Shown here: one piece after another, positions 37,430 through 50,774 of the stretch | How positions within the stretch are numbered: position 1 is the stretch's first letter | Layout of the letters: every line of letters starts with the position of its first letter | From: Octopus sinensis | Taxonomy: Eukaryota | Direction: 5' to 3' | DNA length: 64,000 bases | Assembly (NCBI RefSeq): GCF_006345805.1 | Contig: NC_043007.1 | Coordinates: 53,010,001 to 53,074,000, forward strand | Notes under the pieces: model-generated | What the model saw: only the letters and a program-made list of their open reading frames with translations | Told to the model about the DNA's origin: nothing | Databases searched by the model: none | Position numbers and translations under genes: made by a program

Positions 37430-38350
37430 GTGATGACGAGGAAAAGGAAGAGGGGGAAGATGTGGTGGTGGTAGCGGTGGTGGCGGTGAAGGGGGAAGAA
37501 GACGAGGAGGTGGCGATGGTGGTGAAGGCGGAGGAAGTGGTGGAGGAGAGAAGGAGAGGAGGAGGAGAGGAGGAGGAAGAGGAGAGGAGGAGGAGGAAGG
37601 AGAGAGGAAGAGAATGAGAGGAGGAGGAGGACGAGAGGAGGAGGAGGCAGAAGGGGAGGTGAGGTGAGGAGGAGAGGAGTTGAGGAGGAGAAGAGGGGGG
37701 AGGAAGAGGAGGAGATGAGAGGAGGTGGAGGGTGAGGAGGAAGGGGAGAGGGAAAGGAGAGGAAGGTGGAGGGAGGAGGAGAGGATGGGAGGGGTGGAGT
37801 GGAGGATGGGGGAGGTGGAGGTGGAGGATGGGAGGAGGTGGAGGTGGGGGAAGGGAAGAGGGAGGAGGAGATGGATGTGGTGGTGGTGGTGGTGGTGGAG
37901 GAGGTGGAGGAAGGGAAGAGGAGGAGGAGGAGGAGGAGGAGGAGACGAGGAGACGAGGAGGAGACGAGGAGGAGGAGGAGGAGGAGGAGGAAGAAGAGGA
38001 GGAGGAGGAAGAAGAGGAGGAGGAGGAAGAAGAGGAGGAGGAGGAGGAAGAAGAGGAGGAGGAGGAAGAGGAGGAGGTGGAGCTGGAAGTGTTGGATGTG
38101 GTGGTAGAGGAGGAGGTGGAGGGTTGGAGGAGGAGGAGGTGGAGGAAGAGGAGAGGAGGAGGAAGGAGGAGGGGCGGAGGTTCAGGTGGAGGAAGAGGGA
38201 GTAGGTGGAGTAGGTGGAGGAAGGAATTGGAGGTGGTGGTGGTGGAGGAGGAGGAGGTGGAGGAAGAGGAGGTGGAGGAGGGGCGGAGGTTGAGGAATGG
38301 GAGGAAGAACAAGAAATTGATAATGAGGAGGGTGGAGTTGGCGAAGGACA
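37430..38350. repeat. Polypurine (GGA/GAG/GGT) low-complexity tract
   Basis: About 900 bp, almost entirely G/A on the plus strand. The poly-P/S/E/R ORFs here are artefacts. Confidence 0.95.
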
Positions 38351-39057
38351 TTTACATTTTTTCAACTAAAATGATATAATTTTTTTGAATGATTAGAACA
38401 TTATTGATTTCTAACTTAGAAAGTCGCCCCTATGTAATCAACATCTGACGATCGAACAACCAGTTTGACACCAGCAGGTTGTAAACAAAAGGAAAGATGA
38501 TACGTTATAAAGAAATGCTGTGTATAATCCTGAAATTAAATATATTAATGGTCATTTTAGTAACGACAAAACAGAGAGAAAAAATGTAGTGTTTCGACTC
38601 AATTTGAATCCAATAAGGTAACATGCATTACATTAGCAATGGTTTTCCTCTAAAGAGTTGAAGTTAGTGAGAAAACTTGAAATTGTGTTACCTTCATTTT
38701 TCACATGGTTAAAATATTCGAAAGAGTTAAAAGGTTACCCCTGGCTTGATTAATAGAGTTGGCATTTTTGAGGAACAGAAGGAAAACTAGAAGATATTTG
38801 TCCGACGCTCTAATGACTCTTATGTCGTTGTATTTAACAAACATTTTGGAAAACTGTAATCTATAACTACGACTACCTTAACAACGAACGGCACCTAGTT
38901 CTTGGACAACCTTAGAGGAGTCATTGTAAATATGTGATTTTTAAAATATATGATTAAAAAATAAGCGAATTTGTCCAAAAAGCACAAGATAATTTCTTTT
39001 CCTTTTCGTTACTTTATAAACTTTTGTTTCTTGATATGTTTATATATATATATGTGT

Positions 39058-39360
39058 TTCCAGCAAAATGGAGCTCCGTCTCACATATGTTCAGTAGCTC
39101 AAAAAATTCTCAGTGAAGAGTTTGGGAAAAGGTTTTGGGATAAGGACACCTGACTCCCTTCTTCGCGTGACTTGAACCCTTTAGACTTCAGAATCTGGAA
39201 TGAACTGCTCAGAAAGGCTTGAGAGAAGCCCCACAGTAACCTGCAAGCCCTCAAAAGCTCCATATGTAGTACGTGGGAGGAGGATATGATAAAGAATTCA
39301 TTAAGAAAGTTGGTGGTGCATTCAAAAAGAGGGTTGAGGAAGACATTGCTAACAGAGGAG
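39058..39360 (+). mobile_element. Tc1/mariner-superfamily transposase C-terminal fragment
   Basis: FQQNGAPSH...FWDKDT*..SSRDLNPLDFRIWNEL corresponds to the FQQDGAPxH / SPDLNPLD motifs. Confidence 0.75.
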
Positions 39361-40402
39361 CAACTCTTGGCGCCAGGTGGGATTCCGGCCAGGATTGCCT
39401 CGGAAACTTCGCAATAAATCTTTAAGCTTCTATTCGAACTTTATTCCACTCTTTTATGGATTCCTAATCCTGAGCTACGGTTAATTATTATGAAAATGTC
39501 ATTTTCGTTCATGATCTACTTCATCACGACTCTTCCGATGAACTTGCAGAGTAATCGACATTCTTCTTCTTCTTGCTCAAACGAGAGTGCAATAGAGTTA
39601 GAAGCATCTCTGATAATTCCATTAAAGTACCTTTAAGCATTCCTGAGACACAAAAGTTCGAAGTTGAATCTAAAATTTGGACAATTTTGCTGGTACACTT
39701 GGTATATGTATGCATGTAATGTATGTATGTATGTATGTATGTATGTATGTATGTATGTATGTATGTATGTACGTATACGTACGTATGTATGTAAGGGTGG
39801 ATGGATGGTTGGATGGATGCATGCATGTATTTATGTATATATGTATTCATAGGAGTTTTTCACATAGTCCCAATGGCTAAATTCCACGTTGGTGTAATCG
39901 GGGCTATTGTAGAAGATATTTGCTAGAGTTGCTATGCAATAGGATGGAACCAAAAATCACGACGTAGAGAAAAGAGTGTTTTTAGCCACAATAATTTACT
40001 GATTTCCTGATGAATAAAAACTAAGTTAAGTGTAAATGTATGTTACATGCGACACCTCGATACCTGTAATCGTTCGACGATACGCAAACACATACTACAC
40101 GACGCACCCACACACACACAAGATGAGCTTAAAAGCTCATTTAAAAAAAAATTTCATTTAACATACTATTGATAGCCTTTAGAATGTAGTAGAAAACACT
40201 TTCCTAAGTTACGTCTGAGGAAAGTTTTTAATCTAGAACCACTTGTTTACAATGTGAACTTCAAAACAACAAAATTTTGTCTGAGCCTACGAAACAGAAA
40301 ATAATCTTGCTCTGTGGTCATGCATTGAACTTTGATTTTTTTATGTACCGTGTTTCTCAGAGGCGCATTTGGAATATTATAATAATCCTAATCAATATAT
40401 TT

Positions 40403-40667
40403 GTGGAGGCGCGTGGCTTAGTGGTTAGTGTGTTGAACTCATGATCGTAAGGTTGTGGTTTTGATTCCTGGACGGGCGATACGTTGTGTTCTTGAGCAAT
40501 AGACTTCATTTCACGTTGCCCCAGTCCACTCAGCTGGCAAAAATGAGTAACGCTGCGATGGACTGGTGTTCCTCGTCCAGCTGAGGAACACATCACCATT
40601 GAAACCGATAAACCGTGCCCATGAGCCTGGCTAGGCTTCAAAAGGGCGCATTTATTTTATTTATTTT
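40403..40667 (+). mobile_element. tRNA-derived SINE (CORE-like central domain) with 14-bp TSD
   Basis: tRNA-like head ggcgcgtggcttagtggttag...gattcctgg. TSD taatcaatatattt at 40389-40402 and 40668-40681. Confidence 0.85.
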
Positions 40668-42773
40668 TAATCAATATATTTTCTACGTAATCTATAAAAG
40701 AAGAGAAAACGCATCCCTCACTTTGCTGCTTTTCATTTAACTGAGCACAAAGATCATAGAGACCAGGAAGATGTCTGGCTTTCATTTTGTGTCGCAAGAA
40801 TATTTTACAATGTTTGACAAGCTTCCAACCTTTTTTCATATAAATTATAGCTGAGGTGGGATGTTTCTCATGGATTTGTGAGAAGTCCTATGTTAATTAT
40901 TTAACGTATTTAACGCAGCTGACAAGATCTGCTAGAGCTAATTCATGCATGATGTTTATTTGAAGATCATATCAAATGAATTGACTCTTATATCCCAAAG
41001 TGATCTCAGAAGAATTTTTGAAGTGTTTTTCCTCAAAGATTTGTCTAAGTTGTCAACAGAAATTAACTGAGTATCTCCCATTTTAAATGCCACCATCAGC
41101 ATACCACATGAGGATAAAACAGACATAACCGACCTTGGAATTGCACATTGTAATTCAATTCAGCTTTCATGTTGGTTTGAAGTTATTTTACCATTTTTCG
41201 CTTCCTCCAATTTGAACTAGATGCTTTGCTTATTTGGTGTTTTGTTAAGCTATTATTTGCAAAGACTTTGCTATTTTTACATAACACACTGATGTAACCC
41301 TTTTACAAGAGATATATAGGGAAATTTCCTTTAAACAACTTTCAGAGATTTCTTTTATAATTAACAAAGTTACGTTTATGTTTTGAAATGTTTTTTTCTC
41401 GGCCAACGTAGATTTTTAACTCCAAAAACAAAATGAACGCAAATTCGTGATACAAATGATTCTAAGACATCTTTGATAAATGATAGTTACAATATATAGC
41501 ACCACTTATTTCGTCTGCATTACAGATATTATGGACATTAATATCTCTGTCAGAAAATGTATAAAATATCTTGATTTCACCCTCAATGTGCACCAGTTTG
41601 TTCCGTGTCCGTCAGCCGGATAAAATTATATTCTTTAAAACGTGTCTTATATAGAGGACATGTACTAAGAAAAGGCTGACCATTAATGTTTTAATGAACG
41701 AACGCCGTGGGCATCAACCATGCCATTCCAAGCATCATTACATTTTCCCACTTGGCCAACAAGTCTCTCAGAATTAGCAGTTTGTTGTTTACTGGCATTT
41801 TGCCTAGTCAAAACTAATCATTATCATAATTTTATTTTATTGGTTTATGTTTCAAGAAGTAAGTTATGATCTCATAAATTTTCTGAATTATATATAAATG
41901 GTCTCATAAACTTGGCTGATATTAATCATAATTAAAATTAATCACAACATATGTAAACATATTTAAATTATAACATTAAAGGAAATGCTCTTGGTGTGTT
42001 TTAATAAACGCCGCGAGACAATATGTTAATCTCTTTCACTGCCGTACGCGAGTAGATGAATATAATTTAATATTTTCAAAATGTAAATACTCGAAATAGC
42101 TGAATGAATGAATAGATAAGATATTCTACAATTCGTTCTTTGAGGATGGAAGATCAAATCCACAGAAGCCGATCATGTGCGTTACGTCTAGATAATTATC
42201 TATTTAATTCCGTATGCTTTAAAAACGAAAAATAGTTTTCGAATGGAATAGATATTGATTTTTTTTTTTTTATAATTGATAAGCAAAAATGATTCCCGTA
42301 TTAATGCGTAAGCCAGTGCTTACGCATTAACACACCAGCTGAAATTAAATTGCTTTTTTCAGGTTCAAATTCAATTTGCTCAACATTCTATTGACATAAT
42401 CCCTGGGATATACGCAAAAACATATATATTGAGATTATTCAATAAACCTGTAGCTGCATTTCTTAAGTTAGATTGCTCTAGATTAGTTCTTATCCAGAAG
42501 GTATCAGATCAATCGCATTCTAAATGTGATCAAGCCGGCTTGATTTCCGATAAGTGTATCTTACACTCTCTTTTAATCGTGGGTTATGATGTTACTGCTG
42601 CTGTTTCGGGAAGATCAGGTAGCCGTATTTATTTCTTGATGGAAATTTCAACATAGATACAATGAAAGAGCTTCAGCCAAAAATCGACTCGAGCTCCTGG
42701 ATTCTTTTGCCTGTTTCATTAGAAACGAGCTGTACTTAGGCCATAATATTTGTTTATATTTAATATGAACAGT

Positions 42774-43107
42774 GAATGCGCATGGCTCAGTGGTTAGAAC
42801 GTCGAGCTTACGATCGTGAGGTTTGTGAGCCCGATTCCCGGACCGGGCTGCGTGTTGTGCTCTTGAGCAAGACACTATTTCACGTTGCTCTAGTTCAGTC
42901 AGCTGTAGAAATTAGTTGTGACATTACTGGCACCAAGCTGTATCGACCTTTGCCTTTCCTTTCCTTGGATAACATCAGTGGTGTGGAGAGAGGACTCTGG
43001 TATGCATGGGCGACTGCTGGCCCTCCATAAACAACCTTCCCGGACTTGTACCTCGGAGGGTAACTTTCTAGGTGCAATCCCATGGTCATTCATGACCGAA
43101 GGGGGTC
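42774..43107 (+). mobile_element. tRNA-derived SINE related to 40403-40667
   Basis: gcgcatggctcagtggttag...gattcccgg, then cttgagcaagacactatttcacgttgctc, shared with the 40403 copy. Confidence 0.8.
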
Positions 43108-46061
43108 TCCTCCTCTCAATAATGAACATTCCCCTCTTAATTTTGCCGTCTTAGGAGAGATTAGAAGCGTGTATCAATTGGCGAGTAACAATAAAACTAA
43201 ACTGGTAAAAGATCTTTCGCAAGGCCTAATTTGACAGTCTGATTAAATAAGTAATAATATGTATATTCATTTATGCTGTTCAAGACTAGCTTCCTTCTGT
43301 TTGTTTATATTATATTCACAGCTTTACTGCAAGACTACACAATTTACTTTGCAATCATACAACTGCCGGCATCATGGAGAATTGTCTTTATAATAACATT
43401 GGTTCAAACTATGCTTTGTGTGTAGAATATAGTAGGCGGAAACTGCTCGGAAGCCCATTGTATGGATTATATGTGTAGTTCAATTCAAGTGTATTTGTGC
43501 ATGCTCAGCAACGTAATCGTTAATTTTAGAAAGTCGTATATTCAGCTGATTAAGTAACTGAATATTTATTGTGGAAACAGCAGTGGGATCTGAATATTAC
43601 TTGGTGTCAGGTGCCCTACCTCGCTCTACGCCTGATCCAAGACTGCAGCTCAGTTACAGATGTGAGCTGTGCAAATTCTGTCTGACAAACAGTGACCACA
43701 CCTGCTCACCGCCAAGGAAGCGCTGGAGACGTCGTGGCCCCAGCGTATGTCTGCGCATGAGCAGTCACAGCATGCCAATCCGTCCATTCAGCAGGCGTTG
43801 ACCGCAAATGGATACCAGACCAGTGGAACGCGTCCCTTCCACAGAAAGCAAAAGAACATAATATCTGTATCTTCTGGCCTAAAGAATATTCTATTTAGAC
43901 ACGACCTAGATGATCCGATGTAGTTCGTCTTTGTGGTCGCCCAATCTGAGAGGCATACCACTCATATCTCCCTCAAATTACACCATACTGTCACAAAGAA
44001 ATAACATAGTGCATAACGTAGACCTACATACCGTTGAAAAGATAGGATGCTTGTGGCTAGAATACTGTTGATTATATGTTGATCTGAACAGTTTCATGCA
44101 TGACTAAAAAACAATTCCCCACTTTTAATTCTGTAGAATTCTTCAATAAAGATACGACACACTGCACAGATTATTCTTTCGGGATGATCACCACTGGAAT
44201 GGAATTGTTTTGTATCAATTTTCACTCCGAGTTTGTTTGTTAGAGGACACTCGAGTTCGAGAAAGATGGTTCTGCAATTTCTTTCTGAACAACCCTGCAC
44301 AAATAGCTTGATTAAAGCGTGATAGAATATTTGAACACTGCTTCCATCAAATCGACATTACCTGATGTTGTGTGGTGACGCCCCCAGACGATGAAGTAGG
44401 CTAGCCCAATATGTAGATATAGAAGGAGAAGTCTAGACGTCAGAGTAGAGAGTCGAGAGAGCAAGTAGAGTAGCAGTCGGAGTCGAGTTGAGTAGAAGGC
44501 ACCCGAACGTGCGACATAACACCCGTAAAAGTACACGGTGTGATACGTGTATGATGTCGAAGTGATCACAGAGCAACGTGGAATGAAAAGCGGTGCAAAA
44601 ACCACAATGCACACCGCTGGGTCCTGTAATCGAAACCTCGGTCGTGAGACAGTTATTTCGAGTACAGCACTCTAATCACTAGGCCGTGCACCCAGGTAAA
44701 CACGGAGATTATCTGGCGCCAAGTACCAACAATTATTGATAGTGTAATTCTTCAATAAGGAATAACGCATCACCTAATGTAGATCTGCAAACAGTTCAAA
44801 AGAGATGATGGTCACGGTTGGAATGTCATTTACCATTGTTGGTCTGAACGGTTAGTTTTGAACTGAGGCTAAATAACAACGACGATAGCAAATATTGGTG
44901 GTGTAATGTTGTTGCGTGTTCCGCCAAATTTACGTTGAATTACAGAGGAATGAAATCGAAACTATGGTATGCTTTTGGCGTAGTTTTGCTCTGTGTAACT
45001 CATATGCGTGATGTCCATCAACAACTGTAGAAGATAGGTTGGTGGGGCGCAATGCTAAAGAGATATTGTAATTTACATGATGCCAGACGTTTGGCCCTTA
45101 AGTACTCATAAATATTTCCCTGCCCAGTAAATATTGTCAATCACAGTTGGTTTGTTAACAATTCAAATCAGAAATTATCTAGTTTAGAATACAAAGCAAT
45201 ATTTCCTTCCTTCAATCAAGGTTAAAGGGCGGTCTTTGTTGTAGTTGTTTAAATTCATCATCGTTTTCCCCCCTCATCGCATGGGATGACGTTGTTTTCT
45301 TGTATTGAGAATGCCACTGGCGCCACCCACGTGTATATGTGTGCTTGTGTGTGTGTGTGTGTGTGTGTATAGTGCTGATGCCCGTAAGGATGGACGGCCG
45401 TCTCTCGGTTCATCGCAAGATGTTTATATTTCCTTATTATTCATAGAATTTGCAATTAATTGGCTATTCACGACTTACTTATATTCTTCAATTCTGCCCG
45501 ATAACACAATTGTTTTACAATAATATAATTGTGCAGTTCCTTTTGTTGCTACCTCCCACATCGTCACCTTCTTCGTTGACGTTCTTCACAGTGAAGGCGG
45601 TAGTTATAGGGCTGCTGCTGATGCCGCTGATGGTGGTATGGGTGGTGGTGGTGGTGGCGCGGTGGCGGTGTAGTTTAGCTAGTGATAATGGTGATGATGA
45701 ATGCGAATGTCGCAGTAATGGTACTTTAGTTCTTTGTTGCTGCTGCTGTTGTTGTTGTTTTGGTTGTGTCTTGTCTTGTCTTTGCCTCAAACCATATTGT
45801 TCCTGGCTGAATTTCACGTGATGATTAACTTCTAGCTTTTGAATAAAGTTAACGATTTCAACAAAACTTTTTTCGCTAGTTAAGACGAATCAAAGAAACA
45901 ATAGCTGCCAGAGAACAAGATTGGTCAAATGGCCAAAATATGAGAATTTTCTCATTCAGTAAACCGATTTCTAATGATTTCGTTATAGAAACACCATATG
46001 AAGTACATGTGAACTACGATATCAATAAAAAAAATTATAATCATAAACAATATCGCACATA

Positions 46062-46227
46062 GGCGCAGGAGTGGCTGTGTGGTAAGTAGCTTGTTTACCA
46101 ACCACATGGTTCCGGGTTCAGTCCCACTGCGTGGCACCTTGGGCAAGTGTCTTCTACTATAGCCTCGGGCCGACCAATGCCTTGTGAATGGATTTGGTAG
46201 ACGGAAACTGAAAAGAAGCCCGTCGTA

Positions 46228-46258
<31 letters not shown>

Positions 46259-46476
46259 GCGTGTGTCTGTGTTTGTCCCCCTAGCATTGCTTGACAACCG
46301 ATGCTGGTGTGTTTATGTCCCCGTTACTTAGCGGTTCGGCAAAAGAGACCGATAGAATAAGTACTGGGCTTACAAAGGAATAAGTCCCGAGTTCGAGTTG
46401 CTCGATTAAAAGGCGGTGCTCCAGCATGGCCGCAGTTACATGACTGAAACAAGTAAAAGAGTAAAAGAGTAAAGAG
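46062..46476 (+). mobile_element. tRNA-derived SINE with internal (TA)/(TG) microsatellite and (GTAAAAGA)n tail
   Basis: ggcgcaggagtggctgtgtggtaag...ggttcagtccc. Near-identical to 57274-57670 and to 53496-53870 (minus strand). Confidence 0.9.
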
Positions 46477-46572
46477 TATACATACGAATATGTCTCTAAC
46501 ACGTTTACGTATAAACATGTGTACATAAGAGAGTATGCATATTTAATGTATATGTATAGCGTAAATACACTT

Positions 46573-46612
<40 letters not shown>

Positions 46613-46893
46613 CACTTGTATAGATTTATATCCTATATGCTAATATGTATGAATATTTGTGCGTGTATGTGTATGAATGTGTGTGTGTGTATGAGGGTGG
46701 CGTTGTGTGTATGTGTGCGTGCGTGCGCGTGATAGCCTTTTTCGCCGCTTTCAGCTTGTAAGGAATTCAATAATTCAGTTCTACTTTGTTGCGTCTCGAG
46801 TAAGTGTCCTTTAATATCGACACGGGGTGACCCAAGGAATGTGGATGAATATCTTTGACAGAAAGCGAAAGAAGCCCAACGTTTACTTAAATA

Positions 46894-48040
46894 CAATGGA
46901 ACCTCGCAGTAGGAGTGCACCAATGCACGAGTAATTTGCTGCACATGCCGAGGCTCGTGCGAATTTTTGTCTTGAAGTACGAGCAGAAATCCGCAGTACA
47001 AGTGAATTTCATACAAGCGACCGCTAGTCGGCGCTGGGCTCGCACACTTTGTCCTGACAAACCCAGTCTCCTCTTGCTCAGTTCACAAATTTATCTATCT
47101 CGTTGTGGCAGCATCCCTCGCGTTTTTTGCCAGTTTTTGTTTAGTTTTTTGTGCATCTTTTGCTATTATTTTATAATAATTAGTTGTGTTAGCCATGGGT
47201 CCTAAGAAGGTTAGTGTAAGGACAATACTGAGAAGAAGAAAAAGTTGATTACGATAGAAATGAAGGAGGAAATATTTGATAAACATGAAAGAGGAGTGTC
47301 TGTAATGGACATAGCACGTTAATTCGACCGAAACACGTCGATGATCTGCACCAAACGGTAGAAAAAGGACGAGATCAAGGCCGTTAAATTAGCAATGGAG
47401 TCTACAGGCTACCCAAGCAACACATATCGGTCCACGAAAAGGATGGGAAAATTGATTCTCCTGTGGAGACCATCATCTGTGAGAAAGCACGTGTTTCCTG
47501 AAGCAGATCCCTGGACATCCACGGAGGAGACATCAGCAGACGCATTTAAGGCCAGTCTCGGCTGGTTTGATAATTTCAAGAAGGTGGCTGATAAAGAGTC
47601 ATGTATGGAGAAGCAGCGAGCTCTTTCGCTTGTGTGAATACCGGAAATACCGTCAGCTCATCTCAGCAGAGAGGTACATCGCACAACATAAAACTGGTGA
47701 AACTGACCATTTTTATGAAAAAAAAATGCCCAGAAGAACCTACATAATTGCAGAGGAGATGAAAATTCCAGGACACAACTATATGAAAGATGGGCTAACT
47801 CTCTCACCCTTTGCGTCAATGATAGTGGAGACTTGAAGATTAAGCCGCTTTTTTTCTTCCAGTCCAAAAACGCACGAGCGTTCAAGTCGCACAAATCCTG
47901 AAGGAGAAGCCGCAAGTAATGTGGAGGGCAAACGTTAAAGCCTGAGTCACCAGGCAATTCTTCTCCGAGTGGGTCAACCCTGTCTTCGGATCAGCAGGGA
48001 AAAATGTATCTTCTCGAAAACAATCTTCCTTACAAAGAAG
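46894..48040 (+). mobile_element. Tigger/pogo (TIGD1-like) DNA transposon remnant, 3'-truncated
   Basis: TA|caatggaacctcg left end. From 47195: MGPKKVS...ITIEMKEEI..KHERGV (CENP-B HTH), FKASLGWFDNFKK, KKMPRRTYIIAEE...PGH. Confidence 0.82.
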
Positions 48041-48220
48041 AATAGATTTGTCTGAGCCTTGGAAAATACGACCAGTTCGATGATGGTTTAGTCGGCTGAA
48101 ACTTCGAAAATGCTATCTATACTATTATTGTTAAAGGACAATATATATGTATGTTGTGTATTCGTTTGCATGTGTGTCTATGCATGATTATATGCATATA
48201 TGAATGTGTGTGTGTGTGTT

Positions 48221-48268
<48 letters not shown>

Positions 48269-48270
<2 letters not shown>

Positions 48271-50773
48271 GGAGTAAACACATAAATGTGAACAAGGTGG
48301 AAAAAAGAGTACTCAAATACCAGTGGTAGAGTAATATGCTTTATTTTAAGCAGCAGAAAATTCAACAAAATCTGTTACTCTGAGTTTCTCGTTGCCGTTC
48401 ATCAGACAGTTTTTGCTAGAATGGAACATATATATTAATTCAATCTATACTCTTACAAACGCTACACCTTTAAAAAGAAATGGACTTGTTTGATTGGCCC
48501 TTTAGAAAAAACGGTCAATCTTCGAGCGATAAACAAAAAGGTCAAAAATATATGTATATATATAATAAAAAACTTATAAAATTATAAAATCCGAGGAAAA
48601 ACCGAGGAAAAACCTATTGCCGTTAATGAAGACAGTACAATTAATGCATAGAAATTAAACCTGTTATAAATACTGCAATACATATTTATATAAAATCCAC
48701 ATATATATATCAACATACACAAAAGGATGCGCGTAAACGCCATACATACATATACAGACGTATGAATATGAATCTAAATTATACACATAAAAGCATGTGT
48801 ACATATATCCACGCAAACCGTCTCGCACGCAAGCTAAAATTCATCTATGTAGCAATTCTCATATACTGAGCAAGGAGGGGGAACGAAAGAAAGGGAAAGA
48901 GAGAAAAAGGAACGAAGGAGGGAAAAAACTTGTAGCAATATTATTGGCATCTATAGAGGCCAGTATACATACACAAGTTTGAATTGATACATATACATAC
49001 CGTCGTGTGTATGCGTGCTTAAGCACAAGCATACTTTCACTTACACATACACAGATACGCATGCTTACAAATACATATGCTTTGCTATACACAAACTTAT
49101 ATAAACATTCTAAATTTGACAACATTGCTTTTTTTAAAAAACATTGCTTTTAAAAGATGGGTGCATTAATAAAAATATATACGAAAGACATATAAAATAA
49201 AATATAACATCCTATTTTGGGTCATTTATAAATAATCAAGGTAATATAAATAATCAAGGTAATCTTATGCAATACAATACATGAAAACAAAGTTTGTAGG
49301 TTTTTCCTAATATATATGTAGAAACAATAAGACTTTGCTTTAGGTCCGTCGTAGCGCTCAAGAGTCAAAATCAAAATCAAAAATCAAAATACCAAATATA
49401 TACTCTATCCATATGGTATATTTATATTCGACATTTTAAATTTAGCCGCGTGCCTACATAAGTTCATTAACTCACTTCTTTGATTCAAAGAATTATTGTC
49501 TTTGAATAATATGTGCATTTTCTCTAATAAGCAAAGCCTGCACTTGAAATTATATTTGTAAGCTCCATGCCTGTATGGTGCCGCCCTGTCCAGAATGCTC
49601 CATGTCACGTTGAAAGGTGGGGCTTCCTTTTCTTTTAGTTCCCAGACATATTTTGCTAGGCTGGTTTTCTTCCTATTCTCTGGGTATTTAAAGAATTCTT
49701 ATGAGAATAAAATCTTGTTTAATGAATTTTCTGAAGCCCCTGTGTATGTCTTGTATTCCGATGAGACTTCCACTTGCACCTTGGCTCTATAAAACTACTC
49801 CTTTCACTAGACATTTCCCTTCTAACGGACAGGAGCTTTTGTTTTTGAAATTACATTTCTTAATGGGCTCGGCACCATGTCTAATCTCAATTAGCTTCCT
49901 ATTATGTTGGCTAATGTAAGAGGCGAAATTTCTGCAACAAGAATAGCTAACCTTCAGGGTTCTTCTATTAAATATTCTGTAGAATTTATGACCCTGCTTA
50001 AAATGCTTAGAGACTAATCTCAAAATTCCTTACCTATATTAGTCTTTACGGCCAAATTGAAAGCCGGGTTGAACCACAAAACTTTCCTGTCCTAGTTCTT
50101 CGTGCAGCATTATTATTAGCATTAAGCTGGTTGAACTGGATCTTCTCCGAGAATCCACTATTCTTTAATGCGCTATCGTAATAAGGTGCAGCATTATGGA
50201 ATGCTGCCTCGTCCGAAGAAATTGAAGATATTCTTCTACCTACATTGCTGACTAAGTTGCTAAGGATAACTGGTGGATGGTTCGAATCTTTGCTAATATA
50301 CGATAGCTTTTCATTGGGCTTACGGAAGGTTTAAATCTATCCGATCTTACATTAAAATTTACGTCTAAAAATCTACACTATTCAGGTTAGTATCTATCGT
50401 AATCCGTAAGCCCATCCTTTGAAAGAAAGCTATAAGGTCCTTCCTAAGTCTATCTGATTCATGGCCGTTTAGATTATGCGTGGCTATAAGGCCGTCATCC
50501 CTATATAGACCTGCATCTATAAATGGAATTCTATTTTTAGATTATGGAGAATAAAGGCTCCTATGAGCATACATAATTCAGCCCCGTCGTATGCCCCCAT
50601 CGGTACATCGAAAAGAGAATCCTCAGTCTTCTTAATCCAGGTGAATCCTCGAAAAACAGAAGCGATTTCCTCGCATGCATAATAATTTCAATTTCCGAGC
50701 TATCGATGTTGACATACTGCTTGGCGAAGTCCAATGCCTTAGGAGCAACGTCCTAGATATCGACGGGTAAAAG
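48269..50773 (-). mobile_element. Penelope-like element 3' half (left arm of palindrome)
   Basis: Reverse complement of 50775-53280. ORF pieces KHFKQGHKFYRIFNRRTLKVSYSC...CPLEGKCLVKGVV and WSILDRAAPY...CRLCLLEKMHIL...CRH. Confidence 0.93.
48367..48414 (-). ncRNA. Minimal type I hammerhead ribozyme (mirror copy)
   Basis: Reverse complement of the motif at 53135-53182, with the core intact. Confidence 0.75.
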
Positions 50774-50774
50774 T

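Noticed and set aside
37109-38379. Long Pro/Ser/Glu/Arg-rich ORFs (up to 418 aa)
   Set aside because: These are translations of a stop-poor GGA low-complexity tract, open in several frames on both strands.
43570-44740. Possible LTR-retrotransposon remnant (PBS-like tggtgtcagg at about 43605, tgtggtgacg at about 44370, integrase-like KLGVKID...HPER)
   Set aside because: No paired LTRs, TSD or clear catalytic motifs; too weak to call.
40403-46476. tRNA-like sequences with A/B boxes
   Set aside because: They continue into SINE bodies and tails, one has a TSD, and none completes a cloverleaf. They are SINE heads, not tRNA genes.
48060-48115. Possible further hammerhead (cgatga...gaaacttcgaa)
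   Set aside because: The core lacks CUGA and neither stem I nor a cleavage triplet can be built convincingly.
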